Shown here: piece by piece, positions 1 to 9,453 of the stretch
How positions within the stretch are numbered: the first letter of the stretch is position 1
Layout of the letters: each line of letters begins with the position of its first letter
Source of the DNA: an uncultured virus (IMG/VR IMGVR_UViG_2925643758_000002)
Lineage: Duplodnaviria > Heunggongvirae > Uroviricota > Caudoviricetes
Direction: 5' to 3' (one strand)
Length of the DNA: 64,000 nucleotides
Virus record (IMG/VR): IMGVR_UViG_2925643758_000002
Translations under genes and position numbers: made by a program
The notes under the pieces: model-generated
What the model saw: the letters and a program-made list of their open reading frames with translations, nothing else
The model's database searches: none
Told to the model about the DNA's origin: nothing

Positions 1-1062
1 ATGGCGAAAAATCAACGTAATTCAGAACGAAATTTAATCTTCAAAACTCGGAAAACTAGCGGAAATCAGCGCACGTTTAATCTTGCAGAAGCTATCGATA
101 TGTATATCGAAGATAAACGGCTCGGCAAGCGCTCAGGGAAAACGCTGAAAACGTACTCTCAAACGTTACAACATTTCGCGAAATTCTGTTTGGACAAGGA
201 ACTCACCGGCAGCGAGCCTGCCTGCGTGAAAGAGTACGTCAAATTTCTCTCCTTTGAAAAAACGAAATGGGACGATCATCCAACGAATAAAAGGTCGCAA
301 CAAGAAATCGGGGTTTCCGCGCGCTCTGCTAATAATGTGATACGAAATCTTCGAGTCTTCTATAACTGGGCGCAAAAAGAATTCGGCATTTTTGAACAAA
401 ATCCGGCGGTTATGGTCGGTTACCAAAAGGAGCCTGAGCAGACTTTCGAGATATTTACGAATGAGGACGTGTCGAAATTGCTGTCAACGCCTAACAAACG
501 CACATATACCGGATTTCGCGATTATGTAATGATGCTGATTCTCGTAGATACGGGCGTCCGTATTGGCGAATTAACACAAACGAAGATTTCCGACATTGAT
601 CTCGTTTATAGACAAATAAATTTGCGCGCAGAAACTACAAAGGCTAAGAGATCCCGTACTCTCCCCCTTTCGAAAACTACAGCGTCAGCAATTTCCGAAC
701 TCATCGAATACGTCAACATTCAAGATGATGACGACTACGTATTCCTTACGCAATTCGGTGAAAGATATTACGGTGATACGTTTTCGAAAATGCTTAAGAA
801 GTATGGAAAAAAGGCCGGCATCACGGGCGCTCGGGTCAGTCCGCATACATTTCGCCATTACTTCGCGGTAAACTTTTTATTAAACGGAGGCGATCCGTTT
901 GCTTTAATGAAGATTCTCGGCCATACCGATATGTCTATGACTAGAAGATACGTAAACTATTTAAATAGTAATGTTCAGGAAATGCACGAAAAAGCATCCC
1001 CTGTCACGGCGCTAATGGACAAAGGAAATAATCGAAAACGTGGGCCGAAGATGTTTAAGTAA
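1..1062 (+). CDS. int: Tyrosine recombinase / phage integrase
   Basis: Motifs DTGVRIGEL, HTFRH and LGH..MT.RY; N-terminal SAM-like region. Confidence 0.93.
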   Translation: MAKNQRNSERNLIFKTRKTSGNQRTFNLAEAIDMYIEDKRLGKRSGKTLKTYSQTLQHFAKFCLDKELTGSEPACVKEYVKFLSFEKTKWDDHPTNKRSQQEIGVSARSANNVIRNLRVFYNWAQKEFGIFEQNPAVMVGYQKEPEQTFEIFTNEDVSKLLSTPNKRTYTGFRDYVMMLILVDTGVRIGELTQTKISDIDLVYRQINLRAETTKAKRSRTLPLSKTTASAISELIEYVNIQDDDDYVFLTQFGERYYGDTFSKMLKKYGKKAGITGARVSPHTFRHYFAVNFLLNGGDPFALMKILGHTDMSMTRRYVNYLNSNVQEMHEKASPVTALMDKGNNRKRGPKMFK

Positions 1063-1090
1063 GGACGGATTTTTATTCCGTCTTTTCTTT
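1062..1090. terminator. Intrinsic terminator between convergent genes
   Basis: GGACGGA-loop-TCCGTCT hairpin followed by a T-run. Confidence 0.7.
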
Positions 1091-1875
1091 TATTCAAACG
1101 CCTGCCTGAAACGTTCCATAAGCGATCTGCCACGATTTAACCGCGCCTTAACCGTCCAAGCCGCCTTCCTAAACCCAGCGTATAGGTAATCGTCGAAACG
1201 CTTAATTTCGTGCGATTTCGCTTTCATAATCGTTGCGTGCCACGCTTCAACGAAAGGCTCCGCATGATCTTCGAGCCTGATCGTTCTGTCTACGCTTGCC
1301 TTAGCGCGCAAAAGAATTCCGTAGTATTTATAAATCTTATCTGCGTCAAAGTAGCGAGCCATTGCGTTGTAGATTTCGTTAGGCAACGCACCTTTTAACG
1401 CTTCAGCCGGCACAGTCGCCGTATCTAATACGTTATTTTTGTTTTTAGAACGCTTAATAGAATCCGATGGTTCGTTTTCCGTTTTCTGTGCCGTGGCCAT
1501 TGTCTCCGTTGGCTTTTCGGCCTGTCCGCGATTGGACATTATCGACTGGTCATCTACCGGCAGGATCACGATTATATTCGCGCCCTTCCCTCCGTTTATC
1601 TTCCGCGTTGTTGCGATTTTCTTAACGATGCCGAGCGTTGCTAATTTATTCAGGGCCCGACGCGCAGTCTTGACGGACTTGCCAATGAGTTCCGCCAGCG
1701 TTTCCGCCTTCAGGTGCGCCGCCCCGCTGAACTTAACCGCGTACCGGGCGATCTTCTTCAGCGCTTGGCGGTCGGTGTCGTTCAGGTCGTATGTATTGCG
1801 CTTAATGTGTTCGTAGACTGCCGAGTTTAGGTCAGCCGTCGAATCAAACGTTTGATGCTCTGCTAAGTAATGCAT
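1090..1875 (-). CDS. Winged-HTH domain protein (replication-initiator-like)
   Basis: HTH segment ETLAELIGKSVKTARRALNKLATLGIV followed by a low-complexity linker. Confidence 0.65.
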   Translation of the reverse strand: MHYLAEHQTFDSTADLNSAVYEHIKRNTYDLNDTDRQALKKIARYAVKFSGAAHLKAETLAELIGKSVKTARRALNKLATLGIVKKIATTRKINGGKGANIIVILPVDDQSIMSNRGQAEKPTETMATAQKTENEPSDSIKRSKNKNNVLDTATVPAEALKGALPNEIYNAMARYFDADKIYKYYGILLRAKASVDRTIRLEDHAEPFVEAWHATIMKAKSHEIKRFDDYLYAGFRKAAWTVKARLNRGRSLMERFRQAFE

Positions 1876-2034
1876 AACGTTTCCGCCTTTACGTATATTT
1901 GTTAATACGTATTTTACGCATACACGTATATAGACGTCAATATTAAATTACGTTTTTGCGTAAATTTCTTTTTTACGTATTTACGAAAAGCGTTTTGCGC
2001 ATTATAATAAAATAAAAATGGACGGAGGTTACGT

Positions 2035-2247
2035 ATGAGACGAGTGGTTTTACGTATCGATAAATTAATGGAGAAGCACGGACTAAACCAAGGCGAATTT
2101 TCGGAAAAGGTCGGAATACGCCCCGCAGCCATCTCTCAATTATCACGTAATCATGTGGTCCGGATTTCAATCGAACACTTGGATCGAATCGTGAATACGT
2201 TTGAAATCGACGACATCAGCGAGATCATAGAAATTATTTCCGATTGA
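2035..2247 (+). CDS. XRE/Cro-like transcriptional regulator
   Basis: 70-aa HTH; GGAGG RBS; divergent from 1090-1875. Confidence 0.85.
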   Translation: MRRVVLRIDKLMEKHGLNQGEFSEKVGIRPAAISQLSRNHVVRISIEHLDRIVNTFEIDDISEIIEIISD

Positions 2248-2273
2248 TATCCGAACACATATTCGCATATAAT
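2244..2273 (+). promoter_or_regulatory. SigA promoter overlapped by a LexA/DinR (SOS) box
   Basis: TTGATA-18-TATAAT; CGAACACATATTCG at 2252-2265 is one mismatch from GAAC-N4-GTTC. Confidence 0.7.
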
Positions 2274-2283
2274 AAAGCCGGAG

Positions 2284-2628
2284 GTGTTCGGCATGACTAG
2301 CGATAACAAACTGTGGGCTTCAAGTTTTATCTTGCCGGAATTACGCGAAGGGTTTCAGCGATTGGCTGAGGCCAAGCTTAAAGTAGAGAAGCCGCAACTG
2401 GACGCGCAGCAGATCGAGGATATGGAAGTGACGGTCGCGCAATCGATGGAAGTAGGTGCAGATTTGTCGTTCGAGCTTTATGACGACGGATACATACGCG
2501 AAGTAATCGGTGCAGTTCATTACGTGGATCACATACGGAAGGAATTTCGTGTGAAGGACGCCAAGGGCGATACTAATTTCGTGAGGTTTGCGGATATCAT
2601 AAACGTAAAAAACGCCCCATCCGGTTAA
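2284..2628 (+). CDS. YolD-like protein
   Basis: Pattern NKLW.SSFILPE...KPQLD..QIE, typical of YolD; SOS box upstream. Confidence 0.8.
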   Translation: MFGMTSDNKLWASSFILPELREGFQRLAEAKLKVEKPQLDAQQIEDMEVTVAQSMEVGADLSFELYDDGYIREVIGAVHYVDHIRKEFRVKDAKGDTNFVRFADIINVKNAPSG

Positions 2629-2643
2629 GGACGGGGCTTATCG

Positions 2644-3204
2644 TTATTGTTTTAGTGTGTAATTTCGCGTGAAGGTAGCTGAGTTTACTGCGTCATCTCC
2701 AAGCGTTTTGTAGATATTCCAAGATAGGTTTATGCTTGTCACTTCGTTCGGAGTTGTATTGGACATAGGCCAAGCGTAGAAAAAATCGAGACGATCGCCC
2801 TTCTTCTTTAATTTATTCGTGCCGTCATCAACTACTTTTATCACTTCTTCCGGACCTAATTCCTCTCCGGTGTTAAGCTTGATTGTTTCCGCTGCCGGAT
2901 ACGCTTCAAAGGAAGAATGCCCGATGTTTTCTATCGATCCTTTTATCGCAATGTGGGCGCTTGATGGCGATATCAAAATCCGATCGATTTTAATATCTAG
3001 CCCATCGTAATTTGCCTTATCATTCATTTCGGCTGAATAAGCCCAAATAGCACTATCTTCACCTAGATTTTCATTTGTGCTCACTTCCTCAGCTTTTGCC
3101 GTACTGTCTTTGTTATGAGGCTGCGAATCAGATGAACACCCACCGATTAAAAACGCAGCTATTAACGCAGAAAAAAGTAGCCCAACCCGCTTCAATACGA
3201 TCAC
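2644..3204 (-). CDS. Lipoprotein (possible superinfection exclusion)
   Basis: Signal peptide with lipobox LIGG|C; accessory position after the lysis genes. Confidence 0.7.
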   Translation of the reverse strand: MIVLKRVGLLFSALIAAFLIGGCSSDSQPHNKDSTAKAEEVSTNENLGEDSAIWAYSAEMNDKANYDGLDIKIDRILISPSSAHIAIKGSIENIGHSSFEAYPAAETIKLNTGEELGPEEVIKVVDDGTNKLKKKGDRLDFFYAWPMSNTTPNEVTSINLSWNIYKTLGDDAVNSATFTRNYTLKQ

Positions 3205-3296
3205 GACCTTTTTCTTCTAATGATAACTTATTTTTCAGTTATGTAAACGGACACCCACGTATTCATACGCAAGCGCCCGCAAAAAGTTCCGTTATT

Positions 3297-3554
3297 CTAT
3301 TTCGTAGTTCCCTCTCGTTTTGTTCCGATTTCAAAAAGACCCGTCGCTGCTAGACCCGCAAAGCCGCCGGCCCACAAACGCAGCACCAAGTCGAGGTCAG
3401 TAAACGGATAGGCAATCGCGCCCAATAAGATACCGATGACGAAACTGAGAGCCGGCACAATATTTGTCGGCAGCTTAACCGTTTTCTTAACGAGCTGAAC
3501 GAGCGCCGTTAGGATGGGCGCGAGGATAGTCGCGAAAATCAATACTTCTTCCAT
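3297..3554 (-). CDS. Holin
   Basis: 85 aa, three hydrophobic segments, GLAATGLFE motif, adjacent to endolysin. Confidence 0.85.
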   Translation of the reverse strand: MEEVLIFATILAPILTALVQLVKKTVKLPTNIVPALSFVIGILLGAIAYPFTDLDLVLRLWAGGFAGLAATGLFEIGTKREGTTK

Positions 3555-3574
3555 ATTATCGTCTCCCTTTTCGT

Positions 3575-4513
3575 TTACTTTACTGTTGCGCCTGTGGACT
3601 TCGCGGCATAAATATTCACCTTTCCGAACTGGTCCGTCTTGATCGTGTACACATCGGTCTGCGGATTACCGAGAACCTCGTACTTCAGGCCGCCAAATTT
3701 CTTAGGGCGCAATAAGCCGCATTCGTTCCCTTTGACCGGCGCTTTATTCGTAGGATAGATGCGCCATGAGGCGGCAGACGCCGGAAGGTAGACGTATTTC
3801 TTGCCGCTGGATGACGGCTTAGAAGAGCCGGCCGTCCCCGTCAGTTTTAACACTTGGCCGACCGAAATCTTATTCGCATTCTTAATGCCATTGTATGCTT
3901 GTAACTTCGCCATACTGACGCCAAACTTATCCGCAATTTCGGACAAAGTATCGCCTTTCTTAACGGTGTATGTCGATCCGGACGTCTTGGCCGGCTTGCT
4001 TGCGGAAGACTTGCCGCCGAGTGCTTTGAGCTCCGCTGCGATTGCCGCTTTTACGGATTCCCAACGGCCTTCCGCTAACACACGATGTGGACAGTATTTA
4101 CCGGACCAGTCTTGGTGTTTACGCAGACGATCGATGCCCCATCCGCGTTCCTTCAGTAATTGCGCGATAAATTTGATCGCCAGTTTTTCGGCCGCTTCAT
4201 ACTTAGAACCGCCGGATTTCGAGTAGCACACCTCGACGCCAATAGACGTCCGGTTTCCGGAATTTACGCTGCTACCATCTCCGCAGTGAAATGCGTTACG
4301 GTCCGTTGGAATACCTTGAACGACTTCCTTATTGTCTACTGCGAAATGGTAAGACACTTCGTTGCTGTTTCCGATCATATATCGGATCTCTGCGTCTGCT
4401 GAAGCATCGTTGGCCGTATTGTGGAACGTGATGTACTTCGCATCCATTGAATACGGACACTTAATCGAATACTTACTCGCAGACACTAGGTTCTTACGTA
4501 CTGAAATCGCCAT
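3575..4513 (-). CDS. Endolysin: N-acetylmuramoyl-L-alanine amidase with LysM (XlyA/XlyB-like)
   Basis: Amidase_2 motifs HNTAN, SYHFAVD and HQDWSGKYCPH; LysM YTVKKGDTLSEIA. Confidence 0.93.
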   Translation of the reverse strand: MAISVRKNLVSASKYSIKCPYSMDAKYITFHNTANDASADAEIRYMIGNSNEVSYHFAVDNKEVVQGIPTDRNAFHCGDGSSVNSGNRTSIGVEVCYSKSGGSKYEAAEKLAIKFIAQLLKERGWGIDRLRKHQDWSGKYCPHRVLAEGRWESVKAAIAAELKALGGKSSASKPAKTSGSTYTVKKGDTLSEIADKFGVSMAKLQAYNGIKNANKISVGQVLKLTGTAGSSKPSSSGKKYVYLPASAASWRIYPTNKAPVKGNECGLLRPKKFGGLKYEVLGNPQTDVYTIKTDQFGKVNIYAAKSTGATVK

Positions 4514-4592
4514 TAAATCGTCCCCTTTTCGTTTTTGGTATTAAAAAAGCCCGCCGGGACTCTCACCTGACGGGCGTGTTGCGTTTATTCGG

Positions 4593-4802
4593 TTATTCTC
4601 TTCCGCGGAATTTCTCTTCGAGTCTATCGATCTTGTCGATGATGACGTCGTACTTATCGCTAAATTTATCGAGTAAGTCCTGTAGCCGCGACTCGCGCTC
4701 CCTGTTCGATTTCATTACGTAAATCAGCAGCCACGTAAAAAGGACCGCGAACGGTCCCTGCGTTAAAAAATATTTGAGTACGTCTAATTCGCCGCCGTTC
4801 AA
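4593..4802 (-). CDS. bhlA: BhlA/UviB-family holin-like protein
   Basis: TQGPFAVLF.WLL.YVMK...RE motif as in SPbeta BhlA. Confidence 0.85.
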   Translation of the reverse strand: MNGGELDVLKYFLTQGPFAVLFTWLLIYVMKSNRERESRLQDLLDKFSDKYDVIIDKIDRLEEKFRGRE

Positions 4803-4805
4803 TAA

Positions 4806-4994
4806 CTACGCCTCCTGTCCGCCTGTTTCTTCCGAAGGTTCTTCGATAGGAGGCTTGTTTGGATCGTAAACATCCCCGGTGATTTTCTCGTATTCTTCCG
4901 GCGTTATCCGGCCAGCTCCGACAGTATCGTGAACTTGCTTTTTCGTCCAGAGGCCGGCGTCATAAAGATTTTTGATACGGAGATACCAAGTCAT
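4806..4994 (-). CDS. XkdX-family protein
   Basis: IK.LYDAGLW...V..G.IT.EEY..ITG..Y motif. Confidence 0.8.
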   Translation of the reverse strand: MTWYLRIKNLYDAGLWTKKQVHDTVGAGRITPEEYEKITGDVYDPNKPPIEEPSEETGGQEA

Positions 4995-5285
4995 TTAGTT
5001 TCCTCCTGTCGCGATAAGATAATATAAATCCGCTATCTGCTTTTGAAGATTCTCGATTTCATTCGGAGCCGGCGGATCAGGCTTAATGCTCTCTTTGTAT
5101 TCCTCCGTCGCCGCCTCGACCCATACGTTATTCTTCTTATCGAATCGCGGCGAGATGATCGACGGATCAGGCAATACGTCCGTACTGTTTGGCGGCAGTA
5201 CTTCTACATCGATATCTTCTTCGCCGGCATAGTCGAAATTTTTGTCGTAGTATAAAACGTGCATTCTGATTTCCTCCTTTACCAT
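4995..5285 (-). CDS. Tail-fibre-associated small protein
   Basis: PPNST...P.FD....WVE pattern; lies between fibre gene and xkdX. Confidence 0.6.
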   Translation of the reverse strand: MVKEEIRMHVLYYDKNFDYAGEEDIDVEVLPPNSTDVLPDPSIISPRFDKKNNVWVEAATEEYKESIKPDPPAPNEIENLQKQIADLYYLIATGGN

Positions 5286-6862
5286 AATGGGATACCGATA
5301 TTAAAGGACACACGCGTAACGCTCGCCGAATCGGTTGCTGAAAGACCATCGAACCGTAATTCGCCGTCCGTCGTAAATGCGAACCGGGCCGTCCCGTAAG
5401 AGCCAATCGTAGGAACGACGAAATCTACGAGCTGCGTCGGCTTATACGTGAATTTCGCTACCGTCGTACCGGCGGCCGGTAGTGACCCGAACGTGCCGCG
5501 CAGTTTAATTTCGTTATTCGCAACGGAAAACTTGAACGGGTAGCTAGCGTTTTGCTGCGCCCCGTTAATTAGAGTAACGTTATTCCACGTAGCAACCCAC
5601 GGACTATTCCACTTGTCTTTATCCGCTTGTACGACGTGGATGTCTGTTTTGTTTGCGTGGGTATCTACCTTTGATTGCGCCCCTTCTACCGATTCGATCT
5701 CACGCCACGACGTCCAAGAATCCGAACTCGCTACCTTATTACGCATAAATTTCCGCCGGCCCGATGACGTCGAATCATTGCTACTATAAGACGTGTATTC
5801 CTGATACGCGTACGTGCTGTAGTTATGAACGAGAAGATATCCGTTGTTATTTACCGGTGCATTCAATGCCGTCGTTGCGCCGCTCATATAATAGAAGCCG
5901 GTATCTGTAACCGCATTAAAATTGATGTCTGTCATGTACTGTGCCGCACCAGTATCCTGCGTCAATTTAAACAACTGCGATCCGTTCCACTTGTCCTTCT
6001 CAACTTTTGATGTGTGGCGTTCTCCGTTGTTGTCGTGTTGGCGAAACGCATAATAGTCGGCCTGTCTGACATTTTCGACGTTACTAAGTCCGATCTGATC
6101 CTTCGTCACTGAGTGCGGGTTATCAGTCCGACCTGTGTGTTCGTCCGTGTACGCTTTGCTGTCCGTTAAGGCCTTGTCGGCTTTTTCCTGCGCACCATCC
6201 GGCGTTTCCTGCCTCACATTCGCAACGTTTCCAAGACCGATTTGCGATTTCGTTACGCCATGCGGATTGTCTGTTCTTTTCGTATGAGTATCCGTATACG
6301 ATTTCGCATTCTTTTCCGCAGCATCCGCTTTTGCTTGCGCTCCCTCTTTCGTTTCAATATTTTCGAGATCTTCGAATTTCTTGCGTAGCTCTTCGACTGT
6401 TTCGACCACTTCGTCGTATAAGTCGTTGATTTGTTGGCGCAACGCTTCGAAGTCATCCACGTAGTATTCCGCCAACGGTACGATATCCGTATCAATCAGC
6501 GCCTTGTCGATGGTGAACGAAAACTTATGGATGGAAAGCGCCTGTTTATTCGCGTAATACAGATAAAGTTCCGCCTGCACATCGCCGCTGTGTCGGATCT
6601 CTTCGGCTGATAGAACGTACTGCGCAACCCCTTCGATTTTATCTGTGATCTCTACGCTTCTTATGAACCGGCTGCCGTCCGCCGTGAACATGACGAGCTT
6701 CCCGGTAACAGCAGACAACGGCAATGGGACGCCATCCTTTGTTAACGAGAAGATCAAACGCGCCGTATCGATGTCTTGCGTGCTGAACTGTATTGCGGTT
6801 TTTATATTCGTTTTTGTCCGGCTCGTCACCTCAAACGCAAGTGGTGCGTTATTGTATATCAC
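5279..6862 (-). CDS. BppU-family upper baseplate / tail fibre protein
   Basis: N-terminal FSTQDIDTARLIF; repeated NPH.VTK.QIGL.NV.N fibre motifs. Confidence 0.8.
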   Translation of the reverse strand: MIYNNAPLAFEVTSRTKTNIKTAIQFSTQDIDTARLIFSLTKDGVPLPLSAVTGKLVMFTADGSRFIRSVEITDKIEGVAQYVLSAEEIRHSGDVQAELYLYYANKQALSIHKFSFTIDKALIDTDIVPLAEYYVDDFEALRQQINDLYDEVVETVEELRKKFEDLENIETKEGAQAKADAAEKNAKSYTDTHTKRTDNPHGVTKSQIGLGNVANVRQETPDGAQEKADKALTDSKAYTDEHTGRTDNPHSVTKDQIGLSNVENVRQADYYAFRQHDNNGERHTSKVEKDKWNGSQLFKLTQDTGAAQYMTDINFNAVTDTGFYYMSGATTALNAPVNNNGYLLVHNYSTYAYQEYTSYSSNDSTSSGRRKFMRNKVASSDSWTSWREIESVEGAQSKVDTHANKTDIHVVQADKDKWNSPWVATWNNVTLINGAQQNASYPFKFSVANNEIKLRGTFGSLPAAGTTVAKFTYKPTQLVDFVVPTIGSYGTARFAFTTDGELRFDGLSATDSASVTRVSFNIGIPLW

Positions 6863-6874
6863 TGCAAAACCTCC

Positions 6875-9439
6875 TTAGTGCTGCGGCGTAACGATCATTT
6901 GCGCTACACCGTAGCCTTTTTCCGCGTCATACGGAGATTTGATTTTCATAACGGTCCCATAGCCGTCGCTTTCTGCCTTGGTTGCGATGCCTTCGATTGC
7001 TGAAACGCTATCCCCTACGGCCACTGTTTCGTCAATCCTGACAAAGACTTGGCCGATCAGGCCGATGACATGCCACTCGTCACGAGAGTCACGCGGCACA
7101 TATTCGAGAGTCGGATCATAGTCGGGGTTTAATTTTGGAACGCTTAACTCTTCACCGCCATCGATAACCGTTTCGTAAACCAATCCGCCGAATTCGTTTC
7201 TTTCGAACTGATCGTTCCAATAGAACGCCGCGCCTCCGAGCACCAAGCCGGCCGTTTCCGAAACAACGCCGAGAATCTTATCTCCTTCGCCTGCTTTTCG
7301 TATCTTTTCGCCTTCTAGCGCAACCAGATAGCTTGAATCGATTTTCTGACCGTCAGCAGATTCGAAATACTCCGCGAAGTCTTTGAAATCTGAGACGCTC
7401 TCCACTCGTCCTGTGCCGCGAATATGGCCGCCAGTCGAATCGAGTTCCCATTTCGTATTTCCGGTCGAGGCGCTTCCGCTTCCGTAGCCCCCTCTGACGC
7501 TGTATCCGTTATCGTTGATAACCCCGTTGGCAGCGAGTACGACCCTCGATGGCCCGTCGCCTTTTGTATGTGAATTGTTTGACGCTATAACCGCCTGACG
7601 CGAAGCTGTTGTGGATGAGCCACCACTGGCGCCTAAAACAACGTTTCTAGGTCCTTTCGTTGTACATCCACCCGTGGTCGCAATGACTGCACTTGTTTTG
7701 TCTAAAACGTGACCAGATGTAGAAGCAGCACGGAAACCGCCTTTCACGTTGTTAGGGACTACCTTATGTTTCTGGCCTCCGAGGACTGCCGCGCTCTCAT
7801 AACCATACGCCCGGACCATTAAAATATTTGTTTGCGTATTCGGCGATGTGATACCGGACGTGCCACTTGCTACGTGAAGAATTCCGTTTTCCAAGTTTAC
7901 GTTATAGACGCCGCCTCCGACCTCGATGCCATTCTGCGCTGAATCATGTATGACGAAATTGGAAATGGAGACGTCATCTGTGCGCTGGTCGCCCCCGGTA
8001 ATGTTGATATCATAGCCGGCCTTTTTAAAACCGGAAATTTGCAGACCAGTTACGGTTATCTTCCGGCTTTTGTATTGAAAGGCAATCACCGATTTTCCTT
8101 TGTAGTCATACGTAGGATCACCGATCGCAGTAAAACCAATTATCTTCACGCGTTGGTATGCCGAGACAACTAGCGCTTTCGGTTCCAGACCTTCATAAAG
8201 CGAATTGTATATAGGCTCTCGCGAAGTACAGTCGATCAATGTTACGTCCCTTGCCGTCTCACTCCACGGATCAGTCGCTAAATGGTGTCCGATATGCCGC
8301 AAGTCGAATGAACGCACGTCCCGAAAAGATTCGTGTCCGCGAATGTGGACATTACACGGCGCCGGCCACTCCGTATGTGCCTTCACCTCTACGCCGCGGA
8401 CATTTCCTTCGGTATAGTTATCAAGAAGCCATACGTGTTTAGATCCGTCATCGACCTCGATACCGTTCGAATTGGCGGCACCCTTACGATGGGCTGTGCC
8501 ACGCGGGTTTGTCATTACGTTATTGGTGATGAAGATATATTCGCTGTAGTGCGTAGTGATCCCGTCGTCACCGTATCCATAGCCGACGCACCGATCGATC
8601 CAGACGTACTTACTACCTGTTGCGGTATAATCCTTCGCAGTAATATCGTAGGTAGGGGCCGATATGTCGAAACAATGGAGCCCCGGATTAATGCCTTCGA
8701 CTTCCCGGACGATGCCGAACTTCACTTGCGCAAAAGTTAAGCAGCTTGAATGAATGCCCCCGGTTGAACTCACGCCGCCTTGACGATCCGGATTCCAGTC
8801 GAGGGACATCCCTTGGACTACGATATTCCGGTTGCCGGACGCTGGGTCCGCGTTAATGATGACCCACTCGCTCGCCGGCGTGTCTTCGTGTAGCTTCAAC
8901 GTAGTAACGCCCATACCTTTGCCGATCAAATACGTCCATGAAGGCAACTTGATGCCTTTAACGATATACGTACCGGCCGATAGGTTTAGCCGCACCTTAC
9001 CGTTCCCGATCGCCTTTTTAAACGCTTCTGTACTATCGTTAACGCCAGTCGGATCGGCCCCATAGTCATCAACGTTTACATCGCGCTCAATTTTGCGTAA
9101 AAGCTTGTTATACTCTTTATCGAGCCGCTCTTTCAATAAAGGCGCGATGTTCCCTTCCGCATCCACACGAGCGTCAACGACCTCTTTTACGTTTGTTCCG
9201 TCCGCGTTAAGGATCAGATTTCTGATACGGTTATACAGGCCGTCGATGTATGTGCGCAAAGAAAAACCGCCATGGTCGATTTGCTCCGACGTGTGGGCGG
9301 TTTTCGCGTTCTTATGTGCGGCCAATTCCGTGTATGATCCTTTAATATCGTCCGCAATATCATCGAGGTTTTGGTTGTGGTCGTTACGAAAAACACGGTC
9401 CCACGCTGCCCCGGCCTTTCTGTACGGAAATTTCGGCAT
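6875..9439 (-). CDS. Tail spike / pre-neck appendage (beta-helix with C-terminal peptidase G2-type chaperone)
   Basis: NVDDYGADPTGVNDST pectate-lyase-like start; DFAEYFES and IGLIGQVFVR as in phi29 gp12-type proteins. Confidence 0.85.
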   Translation of the reverse strand: MPKFPYRKAGAAWDRVFRNDHNQNLDDIADDIKGSYTELAAHKNAKTAHTSEQIDHGGFSLRTYIDGLYNRIRNLILNADGTNVKEVVDARVDAEGNIAPLLKERLDKEYNKLLRKIERDVNVDDYGADPTGVNDSTEAFKKAIGNGKVRLNLSAGTYIVKGIKLPSWTYLIGKGMGVTTLKLHEDTPASEWVIINADPASGNRNIVVQGMSLDWNPDRQGGVSSTGGIHSSCLTFAQVKFGIVREVEGINPGLHCFDISAPTYDITAKDYTATGSKYVWIDRCVGYGYGDDGITTHYSEYIFITNNVMTNPRGTAHRKGAANSNGIEVDDGSKHVWLLDNYTEGNVRGVEVKAHTEWPAPCNVHIRGHESFRDVRSFDLRHIGHHLATDPWSETARDVTLIDCTSREPIYNSLYEGLEPKALVVSAYQRVKIIGFTAIGDPTYDYKGKSVIAFQYKSRKITVTGLQISGFKKAGYDINITGGDQRTDDVSISNFVIHDSAQNGIEVGGGVYNVNLENGILHVASGTSGITSPNTQTNILMVRAYGYESAAVLGGQKHKVVPNNVKGGFRAASTSGHVLDKTSAVIATTGGCTTKGPRNVVLGASGGSSTTASRQAVIASNNSHTKGDGPSRVVLAANGVINDNGYSVRGGYGSGSASTGNTKWELDSTGGHIRGTGRVESVSDFKDFAEYFESADGQKIDSSYLVALEGEKIRKAGEGDKILGVVSETAGLVLGGAAFYWNDQFERNEFGGLVYETVIDGGEELSVPKLNPDYDPTLEYVPRDSRDEWHVIGLIGQVFVRIDETVAVGDSVSAIEGIATKAESDGYGTVMKIKSPYDAEKGYGVAQMIVTPQH

Positions 9440-9453
9440 TGTATTCCTCCTCG

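Noticed and set aside
1..60. attP/attL site
   Set aside because: The window begins at the integrase start codon, so the att site cannot be located here
5279..9439. Invertible tail-fibre cassette or DGR acted on by the second recombinase
   Set aside because: No inverted repeats, alternative fibre ends or reverse transcriptase seen
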